Source: Proteobacteria bacterium UBA6900 (GTDB lineage: Bacteria; Pseudomonadota; Gammaproteobacteria; Acidiferrobacterales; Sulfurifustaceae). From it: a stretch of DNA of 63,350 nucleotides. Positions 8,777-19,775 of this stretch are shown here, piece after piece. The stretch lies in the NCBI GenBank assembly GCA_002451215.1, contig DKBM01000006.1:3495-66844 (forward strand), written 5' to 3'. The position numbers were made by a program, and so were the translations under genes. Each line of letters begins with the position of its first letter. The stretch's first letter is position 1. The notes beneath the pieces are model-generated. The model had not been told where the DNA came from and did not search any database. It saw only the letters and a program-made list of their open reading frames with translations.

Positions 8777-8872
8777 GTGTGCTCCGGGTAAGAAAGGAAG
8801 GGGTGCGTGTTGCGTTATGGCTGCGTTGGCCCGGCATTCTCGCCGCAATCACCCGCGGCGCCAAGAGGGATT

Positions 8873-10135
8873 TCATTGAATCGCCGAAAACCGCGCCAGA
8901 GTCAAGCCATCCAGCTCGATCTCTGGTGTGCGTCCGGAGATGAGATCCGCCACTACGCGGGCCGATCCGTTACTCATGGTCCAGCCCAGAGTGCCATGAC
9001 CGGTGTTGAGATATAGGTTCTCGTAGAGAGTTGGACCGAGTAGCGGAACATTATCTGGTGTCATGGGTCGCAGGCCGGCCCAGAACTGCGGTCGTGCGTG
9101 TGGCGCCGCCCGCGGGAAAAGTTCACGAATGACATGCTGCAACGCCTGCTCCCTGGCGGGCGCAATGGCGAGCCCATAACCGGAAACCTCGGCGATTCCG
9201 GCAGCCCGCAGACGATTACCAAGCCGGGTAATGGCGACCTTGTAGCGCTCATCGGTAAGAGTGGACACCGGCCCCGCCGTTTCATCCTCCAGTGTGAGCG
9301 TTGCCGAGTAGCCTTTCACCGGATAGATGGGCAGATTAATTCCAAGCGGGCGCCCAAGTGACGGCGAAAAGCTGCCAGCCGCCAGCACGAAGGCGTCGGC
9401 GGTGTCGCTACCCTTATCAGTGACCATCTCGCGGATCATGCTTCCGTGGGGGATCAGGCGATGGACCGTGGTGTTGAAGCGGAAGGTGACACCGGCGCGT
9501 CGTGCCACGTCGGCGAGGCCCTGCGTAAACAGGTGTGCGTCACCGGTCTCGTCGTCCGGGAAGCGAATACCGCCGACAAATTTGGCTGGCGAGTGCTGCA
9601 GGCCAGGCTCTATCTCAAGAACACCCTCGCGGTCGAGAAGTTGCGCGCGTATGCCCTCGTGCTCAAGCATCGGTAGCTCGCGCGCGGCGGCAGTCAGGCC
9701 GGCGGCGTCGCGATAAAGCTGCAGTGTGCCGCGCGCGGCCTCGTCATAGCGGATGCCGGTTTGCTGGCGGATATCCTGTAGGCAACGGAAGCTATACCTG
9801 GCAAGACGGAGCATTCGTGTCTTGTTGACCGTATAGCGCGCTCGGCGCGCATTGCCGAGCATTGCCAACAACCAGCGCCACTGTGCAGGGTCGAGGCGGG
9901 GCCTCAATACGAGCGGGGAGTGTGCCTGCCACATCCACCGTGCGGCGTTGCGAAGTAGTCCTGGAGCGGCCCACGGGCTGGCATATCCCCACGACACCTG
10001 CCCGGCGTTAGCGTAGCTGGTCTCAAGTCCAGGTGCGCTCTGCCGATCGACCACCACGACGTTATGGCCGGCGCGCTGTAGCTGGTAAGCACAGGCGGTG
10101 CCGACGACGCCGCTGCCGATAACAAGTACCTTCAT
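8873..10135 (-). CDS. dadA: D-amino acid dehydrogenase
   Basis: ORF track 8873..10303; ATG at 10135 gives MKVLVIGSGVVGTACAYQL (FAD GxGxxG) and ..LETSYANAGQVSWGYASPWAAPG, typical of DadA. Confidence 0.85.
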   Translation of the reverse strand: MKVLVIGSGVVGTACAYQLQRAGHNVVVVDRQSAPGLETSYANAGQVSWGYASPWAAPGLLRNAARWMWQAHSPLVLRPRLDPAQWRWLLAMLGNARRARYTVNKTRMLRLARYSFRCLQDIRQQTGIRYDEAARGTLQLYRDAAGLTAAARELPMLEHEGIRAQLLDREGVLEIEPGLQHSPAKFVGGIRFPDDETGDAHLFTQGLADVARRAGVTFRFNTTVHRLIPHGSMIREMVTDKGSDTADAFVLAAGSFSPSLGRPLGINLPIYPVKGYSATLTLEDETAGPVSTLTDERYKVAITRLGNRLRAAGIAEVSGYGLAIAPAREQALQHVIRELFPRAAPHARPQFWAGLRPMTPDNVPLLGPTLYENLYLNTGHGTLGWTMSNGSARVVADLISGRTPEIELDGLTLARFSAIQ

Positions 10136-10471
10136 GGACGGTGGGTATGAACGGCGTGCAGCGTCACTAACGTATAACTGGTACGTCCGGGCGGTGACTG
10201 TCGAGTATACCCGGCGGCCAGCAGGTCGGATGCCACGGATCGCATCGCACGTCGTTTCCCTGTCGATGGAGAGTCGCCGGCTGGAGGCCACCAAGAGTGA
10301 CAAACATCATGATTCATAAGGGGAATATGTCAGGTCTCTCGCGAGCGCGTACAATTAATCTAGATAGGGTCCCAACTGAGGCCGGCCTGACGACTGACCC
10401 ATCCTCCCGAGCGCTGCTGAGCCGGGGGGTGGCACCTGATGTGCCTGTTATTTTGGGGGCTCCAAATAAGA

Positions 10472-12853
10472 ATGACTGTTCCGAATTTCATCAGGCGCGC
10501 ACTTCGCGTGCGCTTCGTATTGGGCGCCGGCTTTGCCGGCATGCTCCTTCTCATGCTGTTCCTCACGGCAATCGGCATCCAGAACATGGCCGCCGCGCAG
10601 ACGCGTCTCGATCGCCTGGTGAACGAGTACATGGCCAAGGTGCACATCGTTCGGGAGATGCGCACGCATGCGCGCGAACGCACGGTGAACATGCAGAAAA
10701 TGATTCTGCTCAAGGATGAGTTCGACATCTTGGATCAGACCGTCCAGTTTGATCTGCACGCGGGATCGTTTATCGATCTGCGTCGGCGGCTGCTGGCGAT
10801 GCCACTCGCGCCGGAAGAGCGCGAGATCCTGGATCGACAGGGTCGCCTCACCAATGTTGCGGTGCCGCTACAGCGCCGAGTAGTGCAGCTGGTCAAGGCC
10901 AATCGCCGGGCGGACGCGCACGCTCTCTTGCTGGAAAAGGCCATCCCGGCGCAGGATCGGGTGTTTGAGACGCTCCTCGAGTTGGAAGCCCTTCAAGAAG
11001 ATCGCGCCGATGAGGCCGTGGAAGAGGCGACGCGTGCCTATGCGCGGGCCCGCATATGGGTGATGGGCCTGTCCGTGCTAACGCTGGCACTGGGTATCTG
11101 GATCGCGCTGGTGGTACTGCGCCTGACCCGGCGTTCGGAGCGCGCACTGCGCGACGAGAAAGAGCGCGCGCAGGTGACCTTGCATTCGATTGGCGAAGCG
11201 GTGATTCGTACCGACGCGCACGGCGCGGTGGAGTACCTTAATCCGGTTGCCGAGCGCCTGACGGGCTGGAACCAGCGCGATGCGCGCGGGCGTCACCTGC
11301 TTGAGGTCATGCACATCGTGCACGACACCACCCGCGAGCCGCTGCAAGACCCGGTCGCGTTGGCCCTGGCCGTGGGTACGGTCGTGACCGATGCCGGCGA
11401 TACCGTTCTACTCACGCGCAGCGATGAGGAGCACGCGATTGAACACACGGTCACCCCAATCCGTGATAGCAGTGGTGGTGCGGCCGGCGCGGTCGTTGTG
11501 CTGCGGGATGTCACCGAAATGCGGGCGCTTGGGCGCGAGCTCGTGCATCAGGCCACCCACGATCCGATGACGGGGCTGCTTAACCGGCGCGAGTTCGAGC
11601 GCCGCTTGCAGCAGGCGCTGGACCGGGCCCGCGACGGCAGCGCCGGCGCTCTGTGTTATCTCGATCTCGATCTCTTCAAGACGGTCAACGACACCTGCGG
11701 GCATCTGGCAGGTGATGAATTGCTCAAGCAGTTGAGCCTGTTGTTACGCAATCGTGTACGCAAGGAAGACGTGATGGCTCGGGTCGGGGGCGACGAATTT
11801 GCGGTGCTCCTGTTCGATTGTCCTCTCACCAAGGCGGCGGAAATCGCTGATGGTCTGCGCCGCGCGTTACGCGATTTCCGCTTCGTGTGGGACGACAAGA
11901 GCATTGATGTCGGCGCAAGCATCGGCGTTGTGCGCGTGGCTGAAAGCAGCGGAGACATCAATGACGTACTGCGAGCGGCGGACGTGGCGTGCCGCATCGC
12001 CAAGGAGGAGGGCCGCAATCGGATCCATCTCTATCAGCTGGACGATCTCACTGTCACGCGCCATCACAGTGAAATCGGATGGGTGCAGCGCATCAATCGC
12101 GCGATTCAGCATGATCGTTTTGTGCTCTATGGCCAGTGGATCATGCCGCTCGCCCGAAGCCGCCAGCTTCTTCCGCACTGCGAGGTGCTGGTACATCTCG
12201 AGGAGGATGACGGCATTATCGCGCCGATTGCTTTCCTGTCGGCGGCCGAGCGTTACCACCTGATGCCGGCAGTTGATCGCTGGGTAGTCAGTGCAGTGTT
12301 CCGCGCTTTGCGTGACTTGCCGCGCGATTCGGGTGTTTCGTTCAACGTCAATCTGTCGGGGCAGACATTGTGCGACGCTGAGTTCCTGCCTTTCGTGCAA
12401 CGCGAGCTGCGCCAGAGCGGCGTGGCTGCTTCGCGCATCTGTTTCGAGATTACTGAAACCGCGGCTGTCACCCACATGAGCCGAGCGGTGGGCCTGATCG
12501 GGGCGCTGCGCGAGGCGGGTTGTTCGTTTGCGCTGGATGATTTCGGAAGCGGATTATCGTCCTTCACATATCTCAAGACCATGCCGGTTGATTTCCTGAA
12601 GATCGATGGTGCCTTCGTCCGCAATGCGCCGGTGGACCAAACCGACCTGGCCATGGTGAGCTCGATCAATCAGGTGGCGCATATCATGGGGATTCGCACC
12701 ATTGCCGAATACGTCGAGACCGATGTCATCCGCACTACACTGGAATCGATCGGGGTCGACTATGGTCAGGGCTATGCGCTGGCGCGTCCGCAGCCGCTGG
12801 CCGAAATTCTGGAAGAGGTTGCCAAGGGCTATCCGAACATCGCGCACGGGTGA
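10472..12853 (+). CDS. Membrane sensor diguanylate cyclase/phosphodiesterase (periplasmic helical sensor-TM-PAS-GGDEF-EAL)
   Basis: ORF track 10439..12853; ATG at 10472. Two TM segments flank a ~170-aa periplasmic region. PAS (LHSIGEAVIRTD..), GGDEF (RVGGDEFAVLL), EAL domain (EVL variant, FEITETA, DDFGSG). Confidence 0.9.
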   Translation: MTVPNFIRRALRVRFVLGAGFAGMLLLMLFLTAIGIQNMAAAQTRLDRLVNEYMAKVHIVREMRTHARERTVNMQKMILLKDEFDILDQTVQFDLHAGSFIDLRRRLLAMPLAPEEREILDRQGRLTNVAVPLQRRVVQLVKANRRADAHALLLEKAIPAQDRVFETLLELEALQEDRADEAVEEATRAYARARIWVMGLSVLTLALGIWIALVVLRLTRRSERALRDEKERAQVTLHSIGEAVIRTDAHGAVEYLNPVAERLTGWNQRDARGRHLLEVMHIVHDTTREPLQDPVALALAVGTVVTDAGDTVLLTRSDEEHAIEHTVTPIRDSSGGAAGAVVVLRDVTEMRALGRELVHQATHDPMTGLLNRREFERRLQQALDRARDGSAGALCYLDLDLFKTVNDTCGHLAGDELLKQLSLLLRNRVRKEDVMARVGGDEFAVLLFDCPLTKAAEIADGLRRALRDFRFVWDDKSIDVGASIGVVRVAESSGDINDVLRAADVACRIAKEEGRNRIHLYQLDDLTVTRHHSEIGWVQRINRAIQHDRFVLYGQWIMPLARSRQLLPHCEVLVHLEEDDGIIAPIAFLSAAERYHLMPAVDRWVVSAVFRALRDLPRDSGVSFNVNLSGQTLCDAEFLPFVQRELRQSGVAASRICFEITETAAVTHMSRAVGLIGALREAGCSFALDDFGSGLSSFTYLKTMPVDFLKIDGAFVRNAPVDQTDLAMVSSINQVAHIMGIRTIAEYVETDVIRTTLESIGVDYGQGYALARPQPLAEILEEVAKGYPNIAHG

Positions 12854-12858
12854 GCGCC

Positions 12859-12876
12859 GAGACGCACCCGCGTCTC
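12859..12876. terminator. GC hairpin between convergent genes (no clear U-tract)
   Basis: gagacgc (12859-12865) / gcgtctc (12870-12876), 4-nt loop. Confidence 0.3.
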
Positions 12877-13084
12877 AGGCGTGCAGGTCGGGGATGATAC
12901 GGCTCTCGAGCTTCGCGACCATGTCCTTGAGCGCCAGCCTGCGTTTCTTCAGGCGGCGCAGCTCGAGCTGATCCATCGTGGCATCGGCACCGAGGCGCTC
13001 GATGGCGCTGTCGAGAGCGCGATGCTCGAGACGCAGTTGTTCCAGCCGCGCACGTAGCTGCGCCCGTTCCGTATCGTCGATCAC
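12875..13084 (-). CDS. DUF465 (YdcH-like) small coiled-coil protein
   Basis: 69 aa; ..LELRRLKKRRLALKDMV..L is the characteristic DUF465 C-terminal motif. Confidence 0.75.
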   Translation of the reverse strand: MIDDTERAQLRARLEQLRLEHRALDSAIERLGADATMDQLELRRLKKRRLALKDMVAKLESRIIPDLHA

Positions 13085-13127
13085 GGCTTCACAGGTTCCC
13101 CGGAAACCCGTGGCGATACCCCGGCAC

Positions 13128-15956
13128 TCATTCGGGCAGTGCCTCGACTTGGGCGCATTGGGTGCGAAACTTGGCCAGCGCTGCCTCGAACTCGCTCACG
13201 CGCTGCTTCTCCTGTGCCACGATTTCCGCCGGCGCGCGCGCCACGAAGTCCGCGTTCGCAAGCTTGCCGGTCGCCTTGATGAGCTCCTTTTCCAGACGAA
13301 CGATTTCCTTCTTTAGCCGCGCCAGCTCGTCGACTTTGTTGATGATGCTGCCCAGCGGGATTAGTACCTTCATCAAGTCGACGAGCCCAATGGCCGATTC
13401 GGGCGCTTGCTCGCCTGCTTCGAGCCAGGTGATCGATGACAGTCGCGCGAGGGTCGTCAGGTACCGCCGGTTGCGCTCAAGATAGTTCTTCTCTCGTTCG
13501 CTGCCATCCTGAAGCATCATCGGCAGTGGCTTGCCAGGGGGAATATCGCGCTCCCCGCGTATGTTTCGGACCGTTTCAATCATGGCCATGACCCATCTCG
13601 CTTCCCGCACGGCATCTGCGTCGAACGCGTAATCGGTCGAGCGTGGAAACGGCTGACGCATAATCGTCGCTCCTGACTTGCCGGCCACCAGTGGGGAAAC
13701 GCGGTACCACAGTTCCTCGGTAATGAACGGCATAATCGGATGGAGCAGGCGAAGCGTCGCCTCCAGGACCACGACCAGGGTTTGGCGCGTGCCACGCAGC
13801 AGCGCGGCGCCGCTCGCCGAATCGTTGAGCACTACCTTGGACAATTCCAGATACCAGTCGCAGTATGAATACCAGATGAGGTTGTAAATCGACTGGCCGG
13901 CGAGATCAAACCGATACTCGGCGAACGCGCCATCCACCTCGGCGACGGTTTCTTGGAGACGCGAGAGTATCCAGCGATCGATGACGGTGTATTCGACCGA
14001 TTCGGTGCCCAGACCACAGTCCTTGCCCTCGGTGTTCATGAGAACGTAGCGGGCTGCGTTCCATAGCTTGTTGCAGAAGTTGCGGTAACCCTCCAGCCGG
14101 CCGACATCGAAGCGCACGTCGCGCCCCTGGGTCGCGACACTGGCAAACGTGAAGCGTAGCGTATCGGTGCCAAACGCCGGGATGCCATTGGCAAAGTTCT
14201 TGCGCGTCAGGCGTTCGATTCGCTCGCGCAGGTGCGGCTGCATGACCTCGCGCGTACGCTTAGCGACCAGCGACTCCAGATCAATGCCGTCGATGATATC
14301 GAGGGGATCGAGCACGTTGCCCTTGGACTTCGACATCTTCTGGCCTTCGGCGTCGCGCACCAGGCCATGGACATATACCTCGCGGAACGGCACCTCGCCA
14401 GTGAATTTGAGACCCATCATGATCATGCGTGCGACCCAGAAGAAGATGATGTCAAAGCCCGTGACCAGCACGCTGCTTGGATAAAACGTCTTCAGTTCCG
14501 GCGTTTGTTCGGGCCAACCCAGAGTCGAAAACGGCCAAAGAGCAGACGAGAACCAGGTATCGAGCACGTCATCGTCTTGTCGCAATGGCCGGTCAGCGAG
14601 GCCATGCTCTTTCCGAACCTCGGTCTCACTGCGACCGACATACACGGCGCCGGCGTCGTCGTACCACGCGGGTATGCGATGGCCCCACCAAATCTGGCGT
14701 GAGATGCACCAGTCCTGGATATTGCGCATCCACTCGTAGTAGGTCTTGGCCCAGTTATCGGGCACAAAGCGAATGCGCCCATCCTCCACGGCCTTGGTCG
14801 CCTCCGCGGCGAGCGGAGCGACCTTCACGTACCACTGATCGGTCAGGAACGGTTCAATGACCGCATTGGTGCGATCGCCTCGCGGCACCATCAGCTTGTG
14901 GTCCTGGATGCGCTCCATGAGCCCCTTGGCCTCCAGGTCGGCGATGATGCGCTTGCGTGCGTCGTAGCGGTCGAGGCCGTGATAGGGAGAGCCCGGCAGG
15001 TCGATTTTTGCGTCGACCGTAAAGATGTTGATAAGCGGCAAGTTGTGGCGACGGCCAACCTCGTAGTCATTGAAGTCGTGCGCGGGAGTGATCTTGACGC
15101 AGCCGCTGCCGAATTCCTTGTCGACGTATTCATCCGCTATGACCGGAATGCTTCGACCGGTGAGCGGCAGTTCAACTTGCTTGCCAATGAGGTGGCGATA
15201 GCGCTCATCATCCGGGTGCACGGCCACCGCAGCATCGCCGAGCATCGTCTCAGGGCGCGTCGTGGCAACCACAAGAGGCTTTTCCGAGCCCTGAATGGGA
15301 TAGCGGATGTGCCATAGATGGCCGGCTTCTTCTTCTGAGACGACCTCCAGATCCGAGACCGCGGTGTGCAGCACGGGATCCCAGTTGACCAGCCGCTTGC
15401 CCCGATAAATGAGACCCTCGTCGTAAAGCCGGACGAATACTTCTGTCACAGCGCGTGACAGGCCTTCGTCCATGGTGAACCGCTCGCGCGACCAGTCGAC
15501 CGAGGCGCCCATGCGGCGCAGCTGCCGGGTGATCGTGCCGCCGGAATGCGCCTTCCACTCCCAGACGCGAGCGATGAACTGTTCGCGCCCCAGATCGTTG
15601 CGTGTTTTGCCCTCGGCATTGAGTTGGCGTTCGACCACCATTTGCGTGGCGATGCCGGCGTGATCGGTGCCCACCTGCCAAAGCGTGTTGTCCCCCCGCA
15701 TGCGGTGGTAGCGAACAAGCGTGTCCATGAGCGTGTCCTGGAACGCATGGCCCATGTGCAGGCTGCCGGTGACATTGGGCGGGGGGATCATGATGCAGTA
15801 CGGCTCGCCCGATCCGGCGGGGCTGAAGTAGCCGGCGCGTTCCCAATGTTCGTACAGACGCGTTTCGATCGCGTGCGGTTCGTACGACTTGCTGAGACTC
15901 GCTGCGGCGTCGGCCTGGCTGGAGGCGCCAGGTCCTTTTTGAATGTCGCGTTTCAT
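13128..15956 (-). CDS. valS: Valine--tRNA ligase
   Basis: 942 aa; [14 protein letters not shown] (HIGH-type), KMSKSKGN, C-terminal coiled coil. Confidence 0.97.
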   Translation of the reverse strand: MKRDIQKGPGASSQADAAASLSKSYEPHAIETRLYEHWERAGYFSPAGSGEPYCIMIPPPNVTGSLHMGHAFQDTLMDTLVRYHRMRGDNTLWQVGTDHAGIATQMVVERQLNAEGKTRNDLGREQFIARVWEWKAHSGGTITRQLRRMGASVDWSRERFTMDEGLSRAVTEVFVRLYDEGLIYRGKRLVNWDPVLHTAVSDLEVVSEEEAGHLWHIRYPIQGSEKPLVVATTRPETMLGDAAVAVHPDDERYRHLIGKQVELPLTGRSIPVIADEYVDKEFGSGCVKITPAHDFNDYEVGRRHNLPLINIFTVDAKIDLPGSPYHGLDRYDARKRIIADLEAKGLMERIQDHKLMVPRGDRTNAVIEPFLTDQWYVKVAPLAAEATKAVEDGRIRFVPDNWAKTYYEWMRNIQDWCISRQIWWGHRIPAWYDDAGAVYVGRSETEVRKEHGLADRPLRQDDDVLDTWFSSALWPFSTLGWPEQTPELKTFYPSSVLVTGFDIIFFWVARMIMMGLKFTGEVPFREVYVHGLVRDAEGQKMSKSKGNVLDPLDIIDGIDLESLVAKRTREVMQPHLRERIERLTRKNFANGIPAFGTDTLRFTFASVATQGRDVRFDVGRLEGYRNFCNKLWNAARYVLMNTEGKDCGLGTESVEYTVIDRWILSRLQETVAEVDGAFAEYRFDLAGQSIYNLIWYSYCDWYLELSKVVLNDSASGAALLRGTRQTLVVVLEATLRLLHPIMPFITEELWYRVSPLVAGKSGATIMRQPFPRSTDYAFDADAVREARWVMAMIETVRNIRGERDIPPGKPLPMMLQDGSEREKNYLERNRRYLTTLARLSSITWLEAGEQAPESAIGLVDLMKVLIPLGSIINKVDELARLKKEIVRLEKELIKATGKLANADFVARAPAEIVAQEKQRVSEFEAALAKFRTQCAQVEALPE

Positions 15957-15966
15957 GAGTACCCCG

Positions 15967-15995
15967 AAAAACTGCGCGCCCGCTAGCGCGGGCGC
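15967..15995 (-). terminator. Intrinsic-terminator-like hairpin plus T5 between the acidic-protein gene and valS
   Basis: gcgcccgc (15976-15983) / gcgggcgc (15988-15995), 4-nt loop. Followed on the minus strand by TTTTT (15967-15971). Confidence 0.4.
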
Positions 15996-16004
15996 AGAGA
16001 CTGG

Positions 16005-17582
16005 CTACGGCTTCGGCATATTCTCGCGTTTTGCGCCGGCTTTCTCCAGTTCCTCACGCAGCAATTGCTGGAGGCGGTGAATGGTCTTGGTGTCGATCCC
16101 GATTTCCCCGCGCTTGCGTCGCTCAATGTTGAGACGCGCTGCGACCCGCACGGCAAGCTCGCGGGCCCGGTCAGCGGCCGGCAAAGGCGGCTCAATGAGA
16201 TTCAACTGGGCCGCGGCCGGCGGCGGCACCACGACGTCCTGCAATACTGGAAGGTCCCCGGGGTCGATCTCCATATGGTCACCCAGCGTCCCAACAGCCG
16301 GCTCCTCTGGGGGTGTGACTGCAGTGGGGGGTTCAGGACGCTCGAATTCGATTGAATATCCAGGAGCCTCCGCCGCCTCTATTTCGAGTGACGGCACCTC
16401 CTCGGACTCTGGTTCGCGATCGACCGGTTCCATATCCGTGCTCGCGTCAGATTCCGAAAGGCCCTCGCGCTGTGCATCGGGCTCAGGCAAAGCCTGGGCA
16501 TCGATTTCGTCCACATGCTCGGGCGCAGCGGATTCTTCAGACGCCTCGGGAGGTTCGAGGTCCGTAAAACCAGGCGACGATGCGATTGCGCCGTTGTCCT
16601 GGTCCCCGATGGTCGGCGCTCCCATCGTCTCGGGTGCTGACTCTTTCGCCGAAGGCGGTATTGCCTCAAGCAGAATTTCCTCAGCTTCATCCGTCGCGGT
16701 ATTCTGCATGCTCACTTGAGCCTCATCCGCCGGTATCGCAGGCGCTTCGTCAATCGCCTCCGGCAAGTCGACTTCGTGCGTTGTCGGCGTGCTCGCTTGA
16801 TGCAGCCCGCTTCCGCGCTCTGGAGACTCCAACAAGTCGGTTTCATTCTCTGGTGATGCAACGGTTCCTGCGGTTGTCTTCTCGGCAGGGGAGGGTTCAA
16901 GGGTCAGTTCCGCGGCGCTGCCTGCGTTGATTATCGGTATGTCGCCGAACGGGAGTTGCTGCTGCGCCTCTTCCGGCGACGGCACTTCGGGGATATTCGC
17001 TTCCGGCGTTGTCACGGTTGTCGCAGCAAGGGATGCGGCTGGTGGCACGTCAATAGTCACTTCATCAGACAAGTTGGCGTCCACCGGCGCCTGTGTTGCA
17101 CTCGGCGACGTCTCGAAAATCTCGGGAACCGGCTCGGCGGCGACCGCCGTGGAGGTATCCGCGAGTTCAGACAACACGCTATCAGCTTGAGCCAGCGCCT
17201 CGCTAGCATCGTAGAACTCGGTCGCCTGTGTCGTTTCGCTTCCCGACACTTCGGTTTCCTCCGGCTCGGTGTCAGCCGTTGCGGCGAGCGTTCTGCCTGT
17301 TTCCGCGCCATCCTCGGGAGCCAGTTCGTGACTAACGAGCGAGCGCAGCGACGCCAGTACGGCACCAACATCCACCGGATCGCCAGCCTGGTTGGTGGAC
17401 GGTGCGGCGGGCTGGGGCCTGGGCACCTTGCGCGGACGCCCAACTTTGCCGTAGTGCGGCTTTGGCGGGGGCGGGGGTTTCGGGGCGTCGTGGAGTAGTT
17501 CGCCGCGCATGAGGTCCTGGAGCGACTTCAGTACCTCATCAAGAGTGTGCTTCTCTGAGGGTTTGTGGGCGTTGGAAGTCAT
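16005..17582 (-). CDS. Highly acidic, low-complexity (E/P/A/T/S-rich) protein with short basic/helical termini; function unknown
   Basis: 525-aa ORF between holC and valS on the same strand. The termini look structured (LDEVLKSLQDLMRGELL; IHRLQQLLREELEKAG); the centre has no hydrophobic core. Confidence 0.6.
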   Translation of the reverse strand: MTSNAHKPSEKHTLDEVLKSLQDLMRGELLHDAPKPPPPPKPHYGKVGRPRKVPRPQPAAPSTNQAGDPVDVGAVLASLRSLVSHELAPEDGAETGRTLAATADTEPEETEVSGSETTQATEFYDASEALAQADSVLSELADTSTAVAAEPVPEIFETSPSATQAPVDANLSDEVTIDVPPAASLAATTVTTPEANIPEVPSPEEAQQQLPFGDIPIINAGSAAELTLEPSPAEKTTAGTVASPENETDLLESPERGSGLHQASTPTTHEVDLPEAIDEAPAIPADEAQVSMQNTATDEAEEILLEAIPPSAKESAPETMGAPTIGDQDNGAIASSPGFTDLEPPEASEESAAPEHVDEIDAQALPEPDAQREGLSESDASTDMEPVDREPESEEVPSLEIEAAEAPGYSIEFERPEPPTAVTPPEEPAVGTLGDHMEIDPGDLPVLQDVVVPPPAAAQLNLIEPPLPAADRARELAVRVAARLNIERRKRGEIGIDTKTIHRLQQLLREELEKAGAKRENMPKP

Positions 17583-17600
17583 TGCAATGGCATGCGGCCC

Positions 17601-18026
17601 CTACAAACGATGGGTGTCGAGCGGATAACCACGGTCGCGGTAGAAGCGAAATCGTGCGCGTGCACGCTCCTTATCATCATCGGCGCCACCGACGATCTCG
17701 GCCACGCGCTGAAAGCGACTGAAGCACTCCGGAACTTCGGGCGCGAGCGAGATCAGTACGTCCGTAAACTCGGGCGGTGGTGCCTGCGGTCCGACGACCA
17801 CGGGTGGAATGGGGTCCATATGTTCGGATTGTAGTCCATGGGGGATGAAACTCCCGGCGCTAAATGTCCACAGAAGGTCATTAAGTGCCTGTGCCTGTTC
17901 GTCCGAGGCCGTCAGCAAATAGACGCGATGACCGAGCCGAAAAGCCTTGGCAACTACCTTGCAGGCCGCCAACTGGCGCGTGCGCTCATTCGCATCGGCA
18001 AGCACATAGAAATCGACACGCGTCAC
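17601..18026 (-). CDS. holC: DNA polymerase III subunit chi
   Basis: ORF track 17601..18173. GTG at 18026 overlaps the pepA stop as GTGA. VDFYVL..RLGHRVYLL..LNDLLWTF..FIPHGL is the chi signature. Confidence 0.85.
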   Translation of the reverse strand: MTRVDFYVLADANERTRQLAACKVVAKAFRLGHRVYLLTASDEQAQALNDLLWTFSAGSFIPHGLQSEHMDPIPPVVVGPQAPPPEFTDVLISLAPEVPECFSRFQRVAEIVGGADDDKERARARFRFYRDRGYPLDTHRL

Positions 18027-19549
18027 GCCGGGACGGTTTCCTTCGGGGTTTCGGCGGCGTATTTGCCTGCGCGCTCGATCAGGAACTGGACTAACAGCGG
18101 CACCGGTCGGCCGGTCGCGCCCTTTTCCTTTCCGGTCTTCCAGGCTGTTCCGGCGATGTCGAGATGCGCCCATTTGAACTTTTTCGTGAAGCGCGCGAGG
18201 AAGCTGCCACCGATGATCGCGCCAGCTTCACGCCCACCGATATTCGCCATGTCGGCAAAGTTGCTGTCGAGCTGCTTTTGATACTCCTCCCACAACGGCA
18301 GCTGCCAGGCGCGATCCCAAGCATACTTTCCGGCATTCAGCAGCTCGCGCGCGAGCTGATCGTTGTTGCTCATCAGGCCGCTGGCTTGGCCACCGAGTGC
18401 GATCACACAGGCCCCGGTGAGCGTTGCAATGTCTACCACGGCTTGCGGCTCGAACCGCTCGGTGTAGGTGAGGGCGTCACACAGGATCAGTCGACCCTCG
18501 GCGTCGGTGTTCAGTACTTCGACGGTTTGGCCTGACATTGAGGTGACGATGTCACCTGGCTTGTTGGCATTGCCGTCCGGAAGGTTTTCGCTCGATGGAA
18601 TGACGCCGACGATGTTGAGCGACAGTTTCAATTCGGCTGCGGCCTTTATGGCCCCAAGCACTGACGCGGCGCCACACATGTCGTACTTCATTTCGTCCAT
18701 GTTGGCAGCCGGCTTGATCGAGATGCCGCCGGCATCGAAAGTGAGACCCTTGCCGACAAGTGCGATCGGTGCCTGGTCCTCCGCGCCGCCGCGATACTCG
18801 AGCACGATGAGTTTCGGTGGCTGGCGGCTGCCGCGCGAAACCGACAGCAGCGCGCCCATGCCGAGCGACTTCATGTCGGGCTCTTCCAGCACCGTTACCT
18901 TGAAGTGGTGGTGCTTGCCGAGATCGCGCGCCTGGTCGGCGAGATATTCCGGCGTGCAAATGTTTCCCGGCAGGTTGCCCAGATCCCGCGCGAGGCGCAC
19001 GCCCGCCGCCAGCGCCTGACCCTCTCGGATAGCCTGCTCACCGTTGGCAAGATCGCTGCGCCGTGGCACGGCGAGGATCACGCGCTTCAAGGCCCGCTTG
19101 GAGGGTTTGGGCTTGCTCTTTAGCTGCTCAAACCGGTACTGCGAGGCCTCAATAATTTCCACGGCCTGGCGGATCTTCCACGCAACGTCGCGGCCCTTAA
19201 CCTCGGCCTCGGAAAGAAAGAACGCGATCTCGGTTGCGCCGATATGTTTGAGCCCATCCATCGATCGTGCCACTGCTTCGCGATAGCGGGCTTCGTGGAA
19301 CTCCTTTTCCTTCCCGCATCCGACAAGCAGCACGCGCTCGCTGGGGACGTTGGGCAGGGTGTGCAGCAGCAGGACCTGTCCAACGCGCCCGTCGAGATCG
19401 CCGCGGCGCAGGATGCCAGTCAGCGCACCCTGTGAGGCCTCATCGAGCTGTTGGGCCGCAGCCGACAAGCGCCGCCCTTCAAACACGGCAGCGACAACGC
19501 AACCCGTGCGTTGTTTGTCAGCGGTCCCGCTTTTTACCGAGAATTCCAT
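18023..19549 (-). CDS. pepA: Leucyl aminopeptidase
   Basis: 508 aa; M17 motifs VGKGLTFDAGGISIKP and NTDAEGRL. Confidence 0.95.
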   Translation of the reverse strand: MEFSVKSGTADKQRTGCVVAAVFEGRRLSAAAQQLDEASQGALTGILRRGDLDGRVGQVLLLHTLPNVPSERVLLVGCGKEKEFHEARYREAVARSMDGLKHIGATEIAFFLSEAEVKGRDVAWKIRQAVEIIEASQYRFEQLKSKPKPSKRALKRVILAVPRRSDLANGEQAIREGQALAAGVRLARDLGNLPGNICTPEYLADQARDLGKHHHFKVTVLEEPDMKSLGMGALLSVSRGSRQPPKLIVLEYRGGAEDQAPIALVGKGLTFDAGGISIKPAANMDEMKYDMCGAASVLGAIKAAAELKLSLNIVGVIPSSENLPDGNANKPGDIVTSMSGQTVEVLNTDAEGRLILCDALTYTERFEPQAVVDIATLTGACVIALGGQASGLMSNNDQLARELLNAGKYAWDRAWQLPLWEEYQKQLDSNFADMANIGGREAGAIIGGSFLARFTKKFKWAHLDIAGTAWKTGKEKGATGRPVPLLVQFLIERAGKYAAETPKETVPA

Positions 19550-19775
19550 GTGCGCGTTCCGTTTCTTGTCATGATCATTGTGCGTCCTGGCCCCGATGCC
19601 CTGTGATATAGTCCTTGCCGGACTGGTCCTTCTGATTATCGTTCAAGCTGTTATCGAGGCTGAGTCACTGGATTGGGATGATTCCATGCCGGTGTGTCAA
19701 TACGGCACCATTCGCGGGACATTCTGGGTCGCGTCGTCGCCCTTGTCAAAGCATCATGCGTAGGTTTCTTGCGGC

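Noticed and set aside
16065-17498. Several plus-strand ORFs (96-212 aa) and minus-strand alternate-frame ORFs inside the acidic-protein gene.
   Set aside because: These are mirror or alternate frames of a GA/GC-rich acidic coding sequence, with Ser/Arg/Gly-rich products. No starts have an SD. They were kept only as a caveat on the coding call of 16005..17582.
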